A DNA stretch of 64,000 nt from an uncultured virus (IMG/VR IMGVR_UViG_3300013137_000014). Lineage: Duplodnaviria > Heunggongvirae > Uroviricota > Caudoviricetes. Every line of letters starts with the position of its first letter. The first letter of the stretch is position 1. Under the pieces are notes generated by a model, which was given only the letters and a program-made list of their open reading frames with translations, searched no databases and had not been told where the DNA came from. Below are positions 1 through 9,315 of this stretch, in pieces. Made by a program: the position numbers and the translations under genes. The stretch lies in IMG/VR virus record IMGVR_UViG_3300013137_000014; one strand, given 5' to 3'.

Positions 1-123
1 TAGTGGAAAATCTGGAACTAGTGGAAAATCTGGAACTAGTGGAAAATCTGGAACTAGTGGAAAATCTGGAACTAGTGGAAAATCTGGAACTAGTGGAAAA
101 TCTGGAACTAGTGGAAAATCTGG
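1..123 (+). repeat. 18-bp perfect tandem repeat TAGTGGAAAATCTGGAAC, about 6.8 copies, truncated at the window edge
   Basis: Directly visible. Frame 2 encodes (SGKSGT)n, a G-X-X collagen-like repeat. Confidence 0.95.
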
Positions 124-229
124 GTTTTAGTGGATTTTCAGGAGGTGGAGTAAGGGGGGTGGAGCCGGTGGAGGTGGTGGTGGAGCACCTGGTGTAGGTA
201 TTGAAGAAAGGATATTAGAAATAACGTGA
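2..229 (+). CDS. 3' end of a Gly/Ser-rich collagen-like repeat protein, partial, with two apparent compensating indels
   Basis: Frame 2 SGKSGT repeats hit TAG at 128-130, frame 3 continues GFSGFSGGG, and frame 2 resumes at 161 with GAGGGGGGAPGVGIEERILEIT*. Its TGA overlaps the GTG start of the next ORF (GTGA). Confidence 0.55.
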
Positions 230-522
230 TAATTAAATGTTTTTCTCATGATAATGTTGATAGTTTAGAAAAGATGGATTCACAATTTTTAACTAAAACT
301 ATTTTAGATTATGCCACTAAAAACGGAATGATTAAGAATCATATTAATCGTAAATTAGAACTTTCTATTGAACTATTTAAAGAAAGAATCACTAATTTAA
401 ATGGTATCTTGAATAAAATCAATGATAAACTAGATAACATCCAAAAAGAAAAAGAAAGTTTGAGTATTACTATAAATTCTAATATTAATAGTCTTAAAAT
501 GGAATTAAATAAGAATATCTAA
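226..522 (+). CDS. hypothetical coiled-coil protein
   Basis: 98-aa ORF with AAGGA upstream and coupling to the previous stop. Confidence 0.6.
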   Translation: MIIKCFSHDNVDSLEKMDSQFLTKTILDYATKNGMIKNHINRKLELSIELFKERITNLNGILNKINDKLDNIQKEKESLSITINSNINSLKMELNKNI

Positions 523-571
523 CTCAGAAGAATTCGTCAGAATAAATTATAAAATAAAGAAAGTCTAAAAT

Positions 572-976
572 ATGAAATTCAAATGTCACGGAAAATTACA
601 AGATAATATTTCTTATGAATGTTTGTTAGATTATCTTTCTCAAATAATTATTACTAAATTTGATGAAGACTTAAAATTGAAACATCAGATATATGAGAAA
701 GAGAAAAGTAATTTTTCGAAAACAAAGAAGGCTGTAAAGGAAACTAAATTAAAATTTCTTGATGCTGTTAAGGAATTAGCAAGAATGAAAGTAATGGTTT
801 CTATTCTTACAATCATAGATACCTTGAGAAAAGAAGGTGCATTGTTTGGGGAAAGAAAGCGTAAAATCATTTTATTGCTTAATGAATTAAAAGCCAAGAA
901 TTTTAAGGAATTAAGGATGATCGAAAAAAATTTACATCTTATAATTCCAAATAATCCTAAGATAACGAACTACTAG
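572..976 (+). CDS. hypothetical protein upstream of the major capsid gene
   Basis: 134-aa ORF in the head gene cluster. Confidence 0.7.
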   Translation: MKFKCHGKLQDNISYECLLDYLSQIIITKFDEDLKLKHQIYEKEKSNFSKTKKAVKETKLKFLDAVKELARMKVMVSILTIIDTLRKEGALFGERKRKIILLLNELKAKNFKELRMIEKNLHLIIPNNPKITNY

Positions 977-1022
977 CAAAAAAATAATTTTTTTTGCTGA
1001 AAATATGTGAGGTATTTTAAAA

Positions 1023-2522
1023 ATGAAAAAAGGTGATACTAAAGTCTTGTTAGAACAAGTCTATGACAAGGTGGAAAAAGTAACCGGTAGCAAGGTTACT
1101 AATCCTCTTCAATTTCGTAGACTGATAATTGATGATAATGCATGGAATACGTATATATCCTCTTTAGAGGAAGGTTTGGCAGAACATTTAGTTCCAGGGT
1201 TTAGACAATTATCTGAGAACTATCGAGTTCAATTTCTAGAATCTGCAAACAATATGTCTGCGTTTAATCCTTACGAAACATTATATGTACCTATTCTTCG
1301 TAAGTTTTATCCTCGAACTATTGCTACTCAGTTGGTTAATACTATTCCGATGGATAAACCAACTATTGTGAAATATTTCTTAAAAGGTAAATTCAAAAAG
1401 TATGGCCAGAGTACTTATCCAGATAATCAAACTTTTCCAGTTATGAGTGCAGATATGTCTCGCGGTCCTTCATATGGTTATACTTCTACGGCTACTTCAA
1501 CTCGTACTGGTAGTAATCCTGGTGTTGCCACGGATGTTCTCACTGCGATGGGTTTAGATACTTCTAATGCCCATATCGAAAAGGACTTTGTTATTAGTGG
1601 TATTGCAGATAGTACATCTACTTCTGAAGTTACTATTGTTCCAGATATTGATGGTAATTTTTCTGCTTCCGTTACCACTTTTGGTGGAGATGCCGATGTT
1701 GTTTCTGGTCGTATTGATTATGATAGTGGTATTTTAACTTGGTCTAGCAAAACGGATGCTGTAGTTTCTGTTACGTATAAAGCATATGCTTCTTTGGAAG
1801 AAAACGAAATTACTACTGCAACTAAATTGGAATTCGAAAAGATTCATATTAATGCTGTTGGTAGACAATTGCTAGCTGAATGGACTCTTCCGTTTGAACA
1901 AGATGTTCGTGCTTTGTTCCAAACGGATGTTCAAAGCCAAATTGTTAATATTATGGGCGAACAAATTGCGTTGGATATTGATAGAGAAATTATTAATGAT
2001 TTGATCAGTCAAAACTCTACTCAGAATGATACTGATCATACTGCTAGTTTCGACATTAATCCTTCTGCTACTTATACGTTTACAAAATCCCAATGGTACC
2101 ATGATGTTTTGATTCCGATAAACAATTTGGCTGCTAGAGTATATGATGATTCCCAAATGGGTACTGCAAATATTCTAGCCTGTAACCCCATTGATGCTGC
2201 GATATTTGAAACCCTTAATACTTTCCGATATGAAGGTGATTCTTATCAAGGTGGAGATTTAGGTTATGCTACGGGTTCTCTACAGGGAAGAAAGTACACC
2301 ATTTTAGTATCGAGTGTTGTACCAGTAAATAATGTAGTAATGGTATATAGAAGTAATGATGAAGCTAGAGCGGTGTATGCCTATTGTCCTTACATTCCTC
2401 TGACTTTAACTCCTTATCCAATGTCTACGGTACCTAGCGTCACTATTATGGCTCGTTACGGAGTCAAATGCTTACGTCCAGAAGGTATCGCGTGTTTGCA
2501 AATTACCGATACTTCCTCATAA
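1023..2522 (+). CDS. major capsid protein (T4 gp23-like)
   Basis: gp23-like motifs RQLLAEWTLPFEQD, IALDIDREII, YAYCPYIPL and IMARYG; GAGG RBS; strong hairpin downstream. Confidence 0.92.
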   Translation: MKKGDTKVLLEQVYDKVEKVTGSKVTNPLQFRRLIIDDNAWNTYISSLEEGLAEHLVPGFRQLSENYRVQFLESANNMSAFNPYETLYVPILRKFYPRTIATQLVNTIPMDKPTIVKYFLKGKFKKYGQSTYPDNQTFPVMSADMSRGPSYGYTSTATSTRTGSNPGVATDVLTAMGLDTSNAHIEKDFVISGIADSTSTSEVTIVPDIDGNFSASVTTFGGDADVVSGRIDYDSGILTWSSKTDAVVSVTYKAYASLEENEITTATKLEFEKIHINAVGRQLLAEWTLPFEQDVRALFQTDVQSQIVNIMGEQIALDIDREIINDLISQNSTQNDTDHTASFDINPSATYTFTKSQWYHDVLIPINNLAARVYDDSQMGTANILACNPIDAAIFETLNTFRYEGDSYQGGDLGYATGSLQGRKYTILVSSVVPVNNVVMVYRSNDEARAVYAYCPYIPLTLTPYPMSTVPSVTIMARYGVKCLRPEGIACLQITDTSS

Positions 2523-2544
2523 GTGTATCGGGTTTATAATAAAA

Positions 2545-2580
2545 AAGGCCCAAGGGTTAATTTCCTTGGGCCTTGAATTT
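2545..2580 (+). terminator. hairpin/terminator after the capsid gene
   Basis: AAGGCCCAAGG...CCTTGGGCCTT 11-bp stem. Confidence 0.75.
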
Positions 2581-2622
2581 CATCCAATTTTTTTTGGATA
2601 AACATTAAAATTCGAATAAATC

Positions 2623-4524
2623 ATGATAATATGTCAAATTTGTCAAAACGAGTTTAAAAATAATTCTAATCTAAGTAAGCATCTTAAACAACATCGGATT
2701 AAACCAAAAGAATATTATGATAAATATTTAAAAAAAGAAGATATTGGTATTTGTTCTAATGAGAACTGCTATAATGAAACGTCTTTTTTATCGGTAGAAA
2801 AAGGTTATTCTAAGTATTGTTCCAAAAAGTGCGTGGCTAATTCAATTGAAATTAAAAATAAGAAAAAAGAAAAAATCATATTTCTAAATGAAACCAACTT
2901 AAATAGAAAAGAATTAATTGATAAAAAAAGAAAAGATACGTTTCAAAAAAATTATGGATATAACCATCCGTCCAAATCCCCTATTATTCAGGAGAAAAAA
3001 AGAAATACCTGTTTAGAAAAATACGGTATGGATCATCCATATAAAACAAAAGAAATTCAAGATAAATATAAAAGTACATGCTTAAAGAAATATAATGTAG
3101 ATAATGTTTCTAAGTTAAAAGAAACTAAGCAAAAAATAGAACTCACATGTTTAGATAGATATCATGTTAAAAATATTAGTCAAAATATTGAAATTAGAAA
3201 TAAGGTTAATCAAACTAATTTAAGAAAATATGGAAATATATGTTCTTTACAAGGAGAATATATAAAAGTTAAAACAAAACAAACTTGGTTAAAGAAATAT
3301 GGTTTTGTACATTTTTCAAAATCTGAAATAATTAAAGAGAAAAAGAAAATCACATGTTTGAAAAAATACAGTGTTAATAACCCATTTAAATCGAAACAAA
3401 TTAGGGAAAAATATATAAGAACATGTAATTTTAAATATAATACTAATCATCCTAAACAATCTAAATTATATAAAAATAAATATAAGATTGATTTTTATAA
3501 TAAGTTAATTAATTCAGGTAGATTAAAAAATATAGTTATACCAAATTTTGCGTTGAAGGAATACATTAATGTGGAAAATGAATACTCATGGATTTGTCTT
3601 AAATGTAATTCTATATTTGAAGATAATCTAGATAATGGTAAAATACCCAGATGCCCTAAATGTTTTCCTCCTTTGAATGGAACTTCTAAATCAGAACAAG
3701 AAGTAACTAATTTTATAAAGGAAGTAACAACGGATATAGAAGTTCATAATCGTACAATTCTTAATGGAAAAGAACTTGATATTTTCATTCCTTCTCATAA
3801 TTTAGCTATTGAATTTAATGGTTTATATTGGCATTCTGAAATTGGAGGGTGCACAACACCGAATTATCATCTAAACAAAACTCTTCAATGTCAAGAAAAA
3901 GGGGTTCAGTTAATTCACATCTTTGAAGATGAGTGGATTGAGAAACCAGAGATAGTCAAATCCATAATCAAAGCCAAATTGGGATTAATTATCAACAAAA
4001 TTCCAGCCAGAAAATGTATTATTCAGCTCGTCTCAAATGAGGAAGCATTTGAGTTTCTAGATACAAATCATCTACAAGGTTTCATAAATGGAACTCATAT
4101 TGGATTATTCTTTAATGGGGAACTTGTATCAGTTTTGACTTATGGCAAATCTCGATTTAATAAGAATTATGAAACCGAGATATATCGTTTCTGTAATAAA
4201 AATAATTTAATAGTTCAAGGTGCATTATCAAAATTAATTAAACAAATTAAAAGTAATTCAATATTAACTTATGTAGATAGAAGGTATGGAACTGGGTTTG
4301 GTTATTTAAAAACAGGATTTAAATTGATAAATAGTTCTACACCTAATTACTTTTATACAAAGGATTATCAACATAGAGAATCTAGAATTCAATATCAAAA
4401 ATCCAAGTTAAAGGACAAATTAGAAATATTTGATGAGAATTTAACCGAATGGCAGAATATGCAGTTAAATAACTATGATAGAATATGGGATTGTGGAAAT
4501 TTAGTATATTTTTCATGCGATTAA
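2623..4524 (+). CDS. free-standing putative homing endonuclease (Zn finger, KYG repeats, PD-(D/E)xK/Vsr-like domain)
   Basis: N-terminal CxxC..HxxxH; about 24-aa KYG..HP.K repeats; ELDIFIP..AIEFNGLYWHS; C-terminal IWDCG. Confidence 0.75.
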   Translation: MIICQICQNEFKNNSNLSKHLKQHRIKPKEYYDKYLKKEDIGICSNENCYNETSFLSVEKGYSKYCSKKCVANSIEIKNKKKEKIIFLNETNLNRKELIDKKRKDTFQKNYGYNHPSKSPIIQEKKRNTCLEKYGMDHPYKTKEIQDKYKSTCLKKYNVDNVSKLKETKQKIELTCLDRYHVKNISQNIEIRNKVNQTNLRKYGNICSLQGEYIKVKTKQTWLKKYGFVHFSKSEIIKEKKKITCLKKYSVNNPFKSKQIREKYIRTCNFKYNTNHPKQSKLYKNKYKIDFYNKLINSGRLKNIVIPNFALKEYINVENEYSWICLKCNSIFEDNLDNGKIPRCPKCFPPLNGTSKSEQEVTNFIKEVTTDIEVHNRTILNGKELDIFIPSHNLAIEFNGLYWHSEIGGCTTPNYHLNKTLQCQEKGVQLIHIFEDEWIEKPEIVKSIIKAKLGLIINKIPARKCIIQLVSNEEAFEFLDTNHLQGFINGTHIGLFFNGELVSVLTYGKSRFNKNYETEIYRFCNKNNLIVQGALSKLIKQIKSNSILTYVDRRYGTGFGYLKTGFKLINSSTPNYFYTKDYQHRESRIQYQKSKLKDKLEIFDENLTEWQNMQLNNYDRIWDCGNLVYFSCD

Positions 4525-4731
4525 TTCTTTGTCTCCTTTATCTTCTAAAATTAAATGTTTCTGATGATTTAATCTAGATTCTCTTTTCAAATAATCTTTC
4601 ATATAAAAATAATTAGGTTTTGATTGACCTAATTTCTTGAAATAGAGAAAATGAATTATTGGAAAAACTTGATGATTTAAATTGGAAAATTGAATAAATA
4701 TTGTTAACTTTTAAAATGAGAGAGGTACATT

Positions 4732-4914
4732 ATGAATGAGCAAGAATTAACAAAAACTATAGAACATATTAAAGAAATCATATTAAAAACAAAAAAAGAA
4801 GAAGAAATAATTAAAAGAAAACTACAAGAAAAAAGAATGGCATCTTTAGAAAAGTCACTAAAAGATTGGAGACATTTTTTACCATTTAAAGAAAGGATTA
4901 TAGCAAATGGATGA
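4732..4914 (+). CDS. hypothetical protein
   Basis: GAGG RBS; overlaps the next start. Confidence 0.6.
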   Translation: MNEQELTKTIEHIKEIILKTKKEEEIIKRKLQEKRMASLEKSLKDWRHFLPFKERIIANG

Positions 4915-5338
4915 TATTTTAATTTGTAGTTATGATAGACTCAGGCAGTTATTAACTGACATTGAAAGTTTAAGTAAGAATATTGATATCAAAGAAGAGC
5001 ATGGTATTAAAATTGATACTATTCTTGATAATCAAACAAGAATTTTTCAAATTGAGAAAGATCTTAGAGATTTTCAATATTATATTGATAATTTTTCCAA
5101 AATGACAGAAAGTTTTCAAATTATTAAAGATGCTTATTTTCAGTTAGTTGTTTCAAAGATATCACCACCACCTGAAAATAAGGAAGATTATCCTAAAAGT
5201 CCTGGTGTTAGTGTAATTCAATCAGAAGACGAGGATAATAAAATTGGTGATTTTAAACCTACTGATACCTCAAAGATAATTAAACAACATGATGTTACCT
5301 CAACTATTGATGAAGAATGTGAGGTATATCATGAATGA
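4907..5338 (+). CDS. hypothetical protein
   Basis: 143-aa ORF with AAGGA RBS. Confidence 0.65.
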   Translation: MDDILICSYDRLRQLLTDIESLSKNIDIKEEHGIKIDTILDNQTRIFQIEKDLRDFQYYIDNFSKMTESFQIIKDAYFQLVVSKISPPPENKEDYPKSPGVSVIQSEDEDNKIGDFKPTDTSKIIKQHDVTSTIDEECEVYHE

Positions 5339-5546
5339 TAATGAATCTAATATAAATAATAATATTAATATAGTGAATGAAAAAATTATGAGTGTAATTA
5401 TTACACTCTCAAATGGAAAAGTATATTATTTTTCAGGACCAGCATTTCCAGAAGAATATGAAGGACTTACTATTACAGATATTAAATTCACTAAACCATA
5501 TGATTTACCTGGTGATTATCATTTTGAAGTTATAAACAAAAAATGA
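5331..5546 (+). CDS. hypothetical protein
   Basis: Start more likely at ATG 5331, after GAGG, than at 5289. Confidence 0.55.
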   Translation: MNDNESNINNNINIVNEKIMSVIITLSNGKVYYFSGPAFPEEYEGLTITDIKFTKPYDLPGDYHFEVINKK

Positions 5547-5565
5547 ATTATATATATTAAAATAT
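5547..5565 (+). promoter_or_regulatory. ATTATATATATTAAAATAT motif (candidate early/middle phage promoter)
   Basis: Identical 19-mer on the - strand at 56036-56054; 15-16 nt cores at 37842-37857 (+) and 26563-26577 (-). Confidence 0.6.
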
Positions 5566-5638
5566 AGGAGTGTTGTTAAATTTATTTTTCTAAAAAGAAA
5601 TTCAAAATTTAATCTAAATATATCAGAAAGATAATTAT

Positions 5639-5908
5639 ATGATTTTATATGAATTTTACTGCGATAATTGTGATAAGACTTTTGAAATGTTTACAAAAGT
5701 GGGTGTAAGAAATGTTAAATGCCCCGTTTGTAATAATAATTCTCAAAAAGTCTTTTCTTGTCCGAATTATATAACTGGAGATATTCCTGAAGCAGCCAAA
5801 GATAACCCAAATAAATTGAGTAGTAATTATGTAACTAGAATACCTGAATATAGAGATAAAATTACAGGGGAAACCTTTTTAGGAAAGCCTGAAATCAAAA
5901 AAATTTAA
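5639..5908 (+). CDS. FmdB-family zinc-ribbon protein
   Basis: MILYEFYCDNCDKTFE...CPVC...KVFS. Confidence 0.85.
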   Translation: MILYEFYCDNCDKTFEMFTKVGVRNVKCPVCNNNSQKVFSCPNYITGDIPEAAKDNPNKLSSNYVTRIPEYRDKITGETFLGKPEIKKI

Positions 5909-5927
5909 AACAAGAAGGATTTTAAAG

Positions 5928-6398
5928 ATGATTTGGAATAAAGATTCTTTAGATAATGCTCCAAAAAATTGTATATTAGTTATTGAAACATTAAAGGGTA
6001 ACTATAAGATTGCCAAGTATGAACTTAAAAATTATGATAGATATGATGGCACTTTAAGAAATAAAGATGAAATTGATTTTCCTTGTTTTTCCGGTTTAGA
6101 TAAGCCCGGTAGTTTATATCCCATGACTTGTTTAAAATCTTTAATGGAATATGCAGAAAATAGCCTGAAACCAAGTTCTAAATCTAAACAAAAATTAGAA
6201 GAATGGAGAAATTCATGTATAGTACTTAAAAATGGAGGAGACTGGAAAAGTTGTATCTTTGGTGGTGAATGTAAGTATTTAAATTATTATAGGGAAAGAA
6301 ACAATCCTAAATGGTACGTAGATGGAAAGATACTAAAAAATTCTAATGTTAAAAGATGGATGATAATTAACAAAAATGGAAAGGAAGAAGGAATTTGA
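5928..6398 (+). CDS. hypothetical protein
   Basis: 156-aa ORF with RBS. Confidence 0.65.
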   Translation: MIWNKDSLDNAPKNCILVIETLKGNYKIAKYELKNYDRYDGTLRNKDEIDFPCFSGLDKPGSLYPMTCLKSLMEYAENSLKPSSKSKQKLEEWRNSCIVLKNGGDWKSCIFGGECKYLNYYRERNNPKWYVDGKILKNSNVKRWMIINKNGKEEGI

Positions 6399-7348
6399 AA
6401 TTTAGTAAAACAATTAACATTCTAGTTACAGGTGGAAATGGTTTTCTTGGAATTAATTTTATAAAAAAATTGCAAAGTCAAGGATATCAAAATGTTCTTT
6501 ATCCCTCTCATGCAGAACTTAATATTCTTGATTTAGATGCTCTAAAAAAATATATTGAAAAAAATAATATTCAGATTATTTATCATCTGGCAGCTCGTGT
6601 TGGAGGAATTGGAGCAAATCAACTGTACCCATTTGTTTTCTTTTATGACAATATGCAAATGGGAATGAATATTATTAAATGTTGTATTGATAATAAGTAT
6701 ATTAAAAAATTAATAATGGTTGGATCTACTTGTAGTTATCCGGCAACTCCAAAAACAATTCCATTTATTGAAGAAGAATTATTCTCTGGATATCCAGAGA
6801 CTACAAATGCTCCATATGGTATTGCTAAACGCTCATTGTTAACGATGTTTAATGCTGCAAAAAATCAGTATTACATAAATGGTATATTTTTAATTCCTAC
6901 TAATTTATATGGACCATATGATAATTTTTCATTGGATACTTCACATGTAATTCCTGCTTTAATTAGAAAAGTACATCAATGTATTTTAACTAATAGTTCT
7001 ACATTGAAAGTATGGGGAACGGGAAAAGTTACTAGGGATTTCTTATATGTTGAAGATTGTGCAGAAGCATTACTGAAAAGTTTAGAATGTGATTATAATG
7101 GTACATGCCCTATAAATATTGGAACTGGTATTGAATATAATATTGATTTTATAGTAAAAATGATCTGTTCATTAATGAATTGTAATTCAAAAATAGAATA
7201 TGAATTGAATAGACCCGAGGGTCAATTACGTAGATGTTTAAATATTCAGAAATCTAATAATATTCTTGACTTCAGATATAAGACTTCAATACGAGAAGGT
7301 CTAATTAAGACTATTGATTGGTATAAAACTAATTTTCCTAAAGGATGA
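6395..7348 (+). CDS. fcl: GDP-L-fucose synthase (extended SDR)
   Basis: ILVTGGNGFLG, HLAARVGGIGAN, GSTCSYP, YGIAK, PTNLYGPYDNF, SHVIPALIRK, WGTGKVTRDFLYV. Confidence 0.93.
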   Translation: MKFSKTINILVTGGNGFLGINFIKKLQSQGYQNVLYPSHAELNILDLDALKKYIEKNNIQIIYHLAARVGGIGANQLYPFVFFYDNMQMGMNIIKCCIDNKYIKKLIMVGSTCSYPATPKTIPFIEEELFSGYPETTNAPYGIAKRSLLTMFNAAKNQYYINGIFLIPTNLYGPYDNFSLDTSHVIPALIRKVHQCILTNSSTLKVWGTGKVTRDFLYVEDCAEALLKSLECDYNGTCPINIGTGIEYNIDFIVKMICSLMNCNSKIEYELNRPEGQLRRCLNIQKSNNILDFRYKTSIREGLIKTIDWYKTNFPKG

Positions 7349-8369
7349 GGAAATTATTATGATAGAGAACTGCCCAAATGTTTTGTGCAAACTAAATATT
7401 TTTGTTTCCCTATATGGAATTGATAGTCCTGATATATCTAAAAAAATTAGTATAATTAATAGTTTTGGAGATAGAAGACAACGTGAGAACTGTCTGGGTT
7501 ATATTGAACCTTATTTTAAAAATTACGTTCTAGCATTTGATTTTATAGTAGATTCTAAAAAAATTAGTCATGAATTAACTAATCTATACCTAGATTGTAC
7601 AACTAAAAATCTAAGAGCTGATATAAATATATTAGATACTAAGGAAGGTCGTAAATTAGAACTTTTAATTAATGAGAATTTAGTTGCATTTAAAATTAAT
7701 ACATATAATGTTGCTGGTTCTTTAAGATTTCATAGTATTAATGCATATTATGTTAGTAATGGTGATATAATAAAAAATCAATTAACCAAAATAGTGGATA
7801 AGAAAAATATGAAGGAAAAAATCATGAATGAAAATAAAAGGTATATTAAATATTTTTTATCTAGAGAATTGAATTGTAGTGTTGATGCAGCACAAATGAA
7901 AAGATTAAACAGTCCTTTAAAAATTTTTTCCGAAACAATAATAGAAGGAGAAGAGGAACAATTTCGGTCTTTCCCCATTAATAAAATAGATAGTAATTCA
8001 TTAGTTTTACAATATAATGATGAGCATATTATTAATTATTTGATAGAAAGGTGGATGTTAAGAGCTTTTAGCTTAAATAATGAAATTGATAGTTTTGTGG
8101 TTCCTAAATGTTTACAGGATTTAAAGGAAAATGAATTTAGAAATGATATTTTATATTTTGTTACGGATAAAAATAACACTGTTATACATTATTCTCTATT
8201 AATAGGAGCATATCCCATAAGTAAATTATCTGAATTAGATTCAAATAGAACGGTAATAGTTAATGTAGCATTTAATTTTAGAGATTCAATAAATTCTAAA
8301 TGTGGTGTTTTAACAGATTATTGGATTTTAAATGTTTGTAAAGATATATTGGAAACCGGAGGATTATGA
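7314..8369 (+). CDS. hypothetical protein (start probably at ATG 7359)
   Basis: Long ORF with GAGGA upstream of 7359. Confidence 0.7.
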   Translation: MIGIKLIFLKDEEIIMIENCPNVLCKLNIFVSLYGIDSPDISKKISIINSFGDRRQRENCLGYIEPYFKNYVLAFDFIVDSKKISHELTNLYLDCTTKNLRADINILDTKEGRKLELLINENLVAFKINTYNVAGSLRFHSINAYYVSNGDIIKNQLTKIVDKKNMKEKIMNENKRYIKYFLSRELNCSVDAAQMKRLNSPLKIFSETIIEGEEEQFRSFPINKIDSNSLVLQYNDEHIINYLIERWMLRAFSLNNEIDSFVVPKCLQDLKENEFRNDILYFVTDKNNTVIHYSLLIGAYPISKLSELDSNRTVIVNVAFNFRDSINSKCGVLTDYWILNVCKDILETGGL

Positions 8370-8534
8370 AAATTGTGCTAGTTGATACATTGCCAGAAAA
8401 GATAGAATTGTATAATTTGATAGTAAGAGTTAATTTTTCCTATAATTATCTTAAATTAAATGATTCTAAAGTTGAACAATACATTCACTCTTATATTTGT
8501 GAATGAAAATAAAAACCAGAAAGGATTAACAAAG

Positions 8535-9119
8535 ATGAAGTGGGAATTAAATGTTGCTGAAGTAAAAAAGGTAAAAAAGTACAATGTGGGTTATGAGATT
8601 CGTGATGAAGTAATTGATGGATCTCCCTTTGGTATTAAGAATTTTAATATTAGGAGAGTATATGATACTGCCACAGGTCTCCTTGTGGGCGATTTGAAGC
8701 TAGCACGAATACTATATAGTCGTCTTCATATTAAACCATACAGGATGACTAAAGAACAGAAGGTTGCTCGTATTGGTAGATCTCGAAAAGGTACTTATAT
8801 ATGGAACAATCAAGAAATTAGGCTTTTTAAAGCAGGGGATATTATTATAGCGGAAGATGCTAGTTTGTATAGTTTTCTAGAATTATATTATGCTAAAAAC
8901 TCTAAAAATGTTGAGAAATTAGAGAATAATAGTTTTAAAATTAAAAATAAGGATCAAGCAGAACGAATTGCTACTCTATATCTAACTGGGATAAAATTAA
9001 ATGGAGAATGTTTTGATTTTCCAATACCTTATTTAAGTGCCGATACATGTAATACTACTAATACCTCGGAATCTGGATCTAGTGATACTACTGGTAAACT
9101 TGTGGATGCTGTAGTTTAA
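8535..9119 (+). CDS. hypothetical protein
   Basis: Track ORF 8460-9119; AAGGA RBS favours ATG 8535. Confidence 0.65.
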   Translation: MKWELNVAEVKKVKKYNVGYEIRDEVIDGSPFGIKNFNIRRVYDTATGLLVGDLKLARILYSRLHIKPYRMTKEQKVARIGRSRKGTYIWNNQEIRLFKAGDIIIAEDASLYSFLELYYAKNSKNVEKLENNSFKIKNKDQAERIATLYLTGIKLNGECFDFPIPYLSADTCNTTNTSESGSSDTTGKLVDAVV

Positions 9120-9140
9120 AATATAATTATGAAAGGAAAT

Positions 9141-9213
9141 CGGGGTGTAGCTCAGTTGGTAGAGTCCCGGTTTTGGGAACCGGTTGTCGGAGGTTCAAAT
9201 CCTCTCACCCCGA
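9141..9213 (+). tRNA. tRNA-Pro(UGG), CCA not encoded
   Basis: Acceptor CGGGGTG/CACCCCG, anticodon arm CCGGT-TTTGGGA-ACCGG, T-loop GGTTCAAATCC. Confidence 0.95.
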
Positions 9214-9315
9214 TACTTAAATTTGACGGAGATTCAAACGAATGAATTTTAGAGGATGTAATGATATATCACAATATCAAACGAAAGAAATAACCTATCG
9301 ATCTAGAAAGGTTAA

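Noticed and set aside
1..123. 18-bp repeat as a CRISPR array, or as the (VENLEL)n ORF in the track
   Set aside because: There are no spacers; the repeats are contiguous, and frame 2 (SGKSGT) fits the downstream Gly-rich sequence better.
128..130. TAG read-through or alternative genetic code
   Set aside because: TAG, TGA and TAA all end clear genes elsewhere (for example 14698, 25054, 37838), and conserved genes are uninterrupted in code 11.
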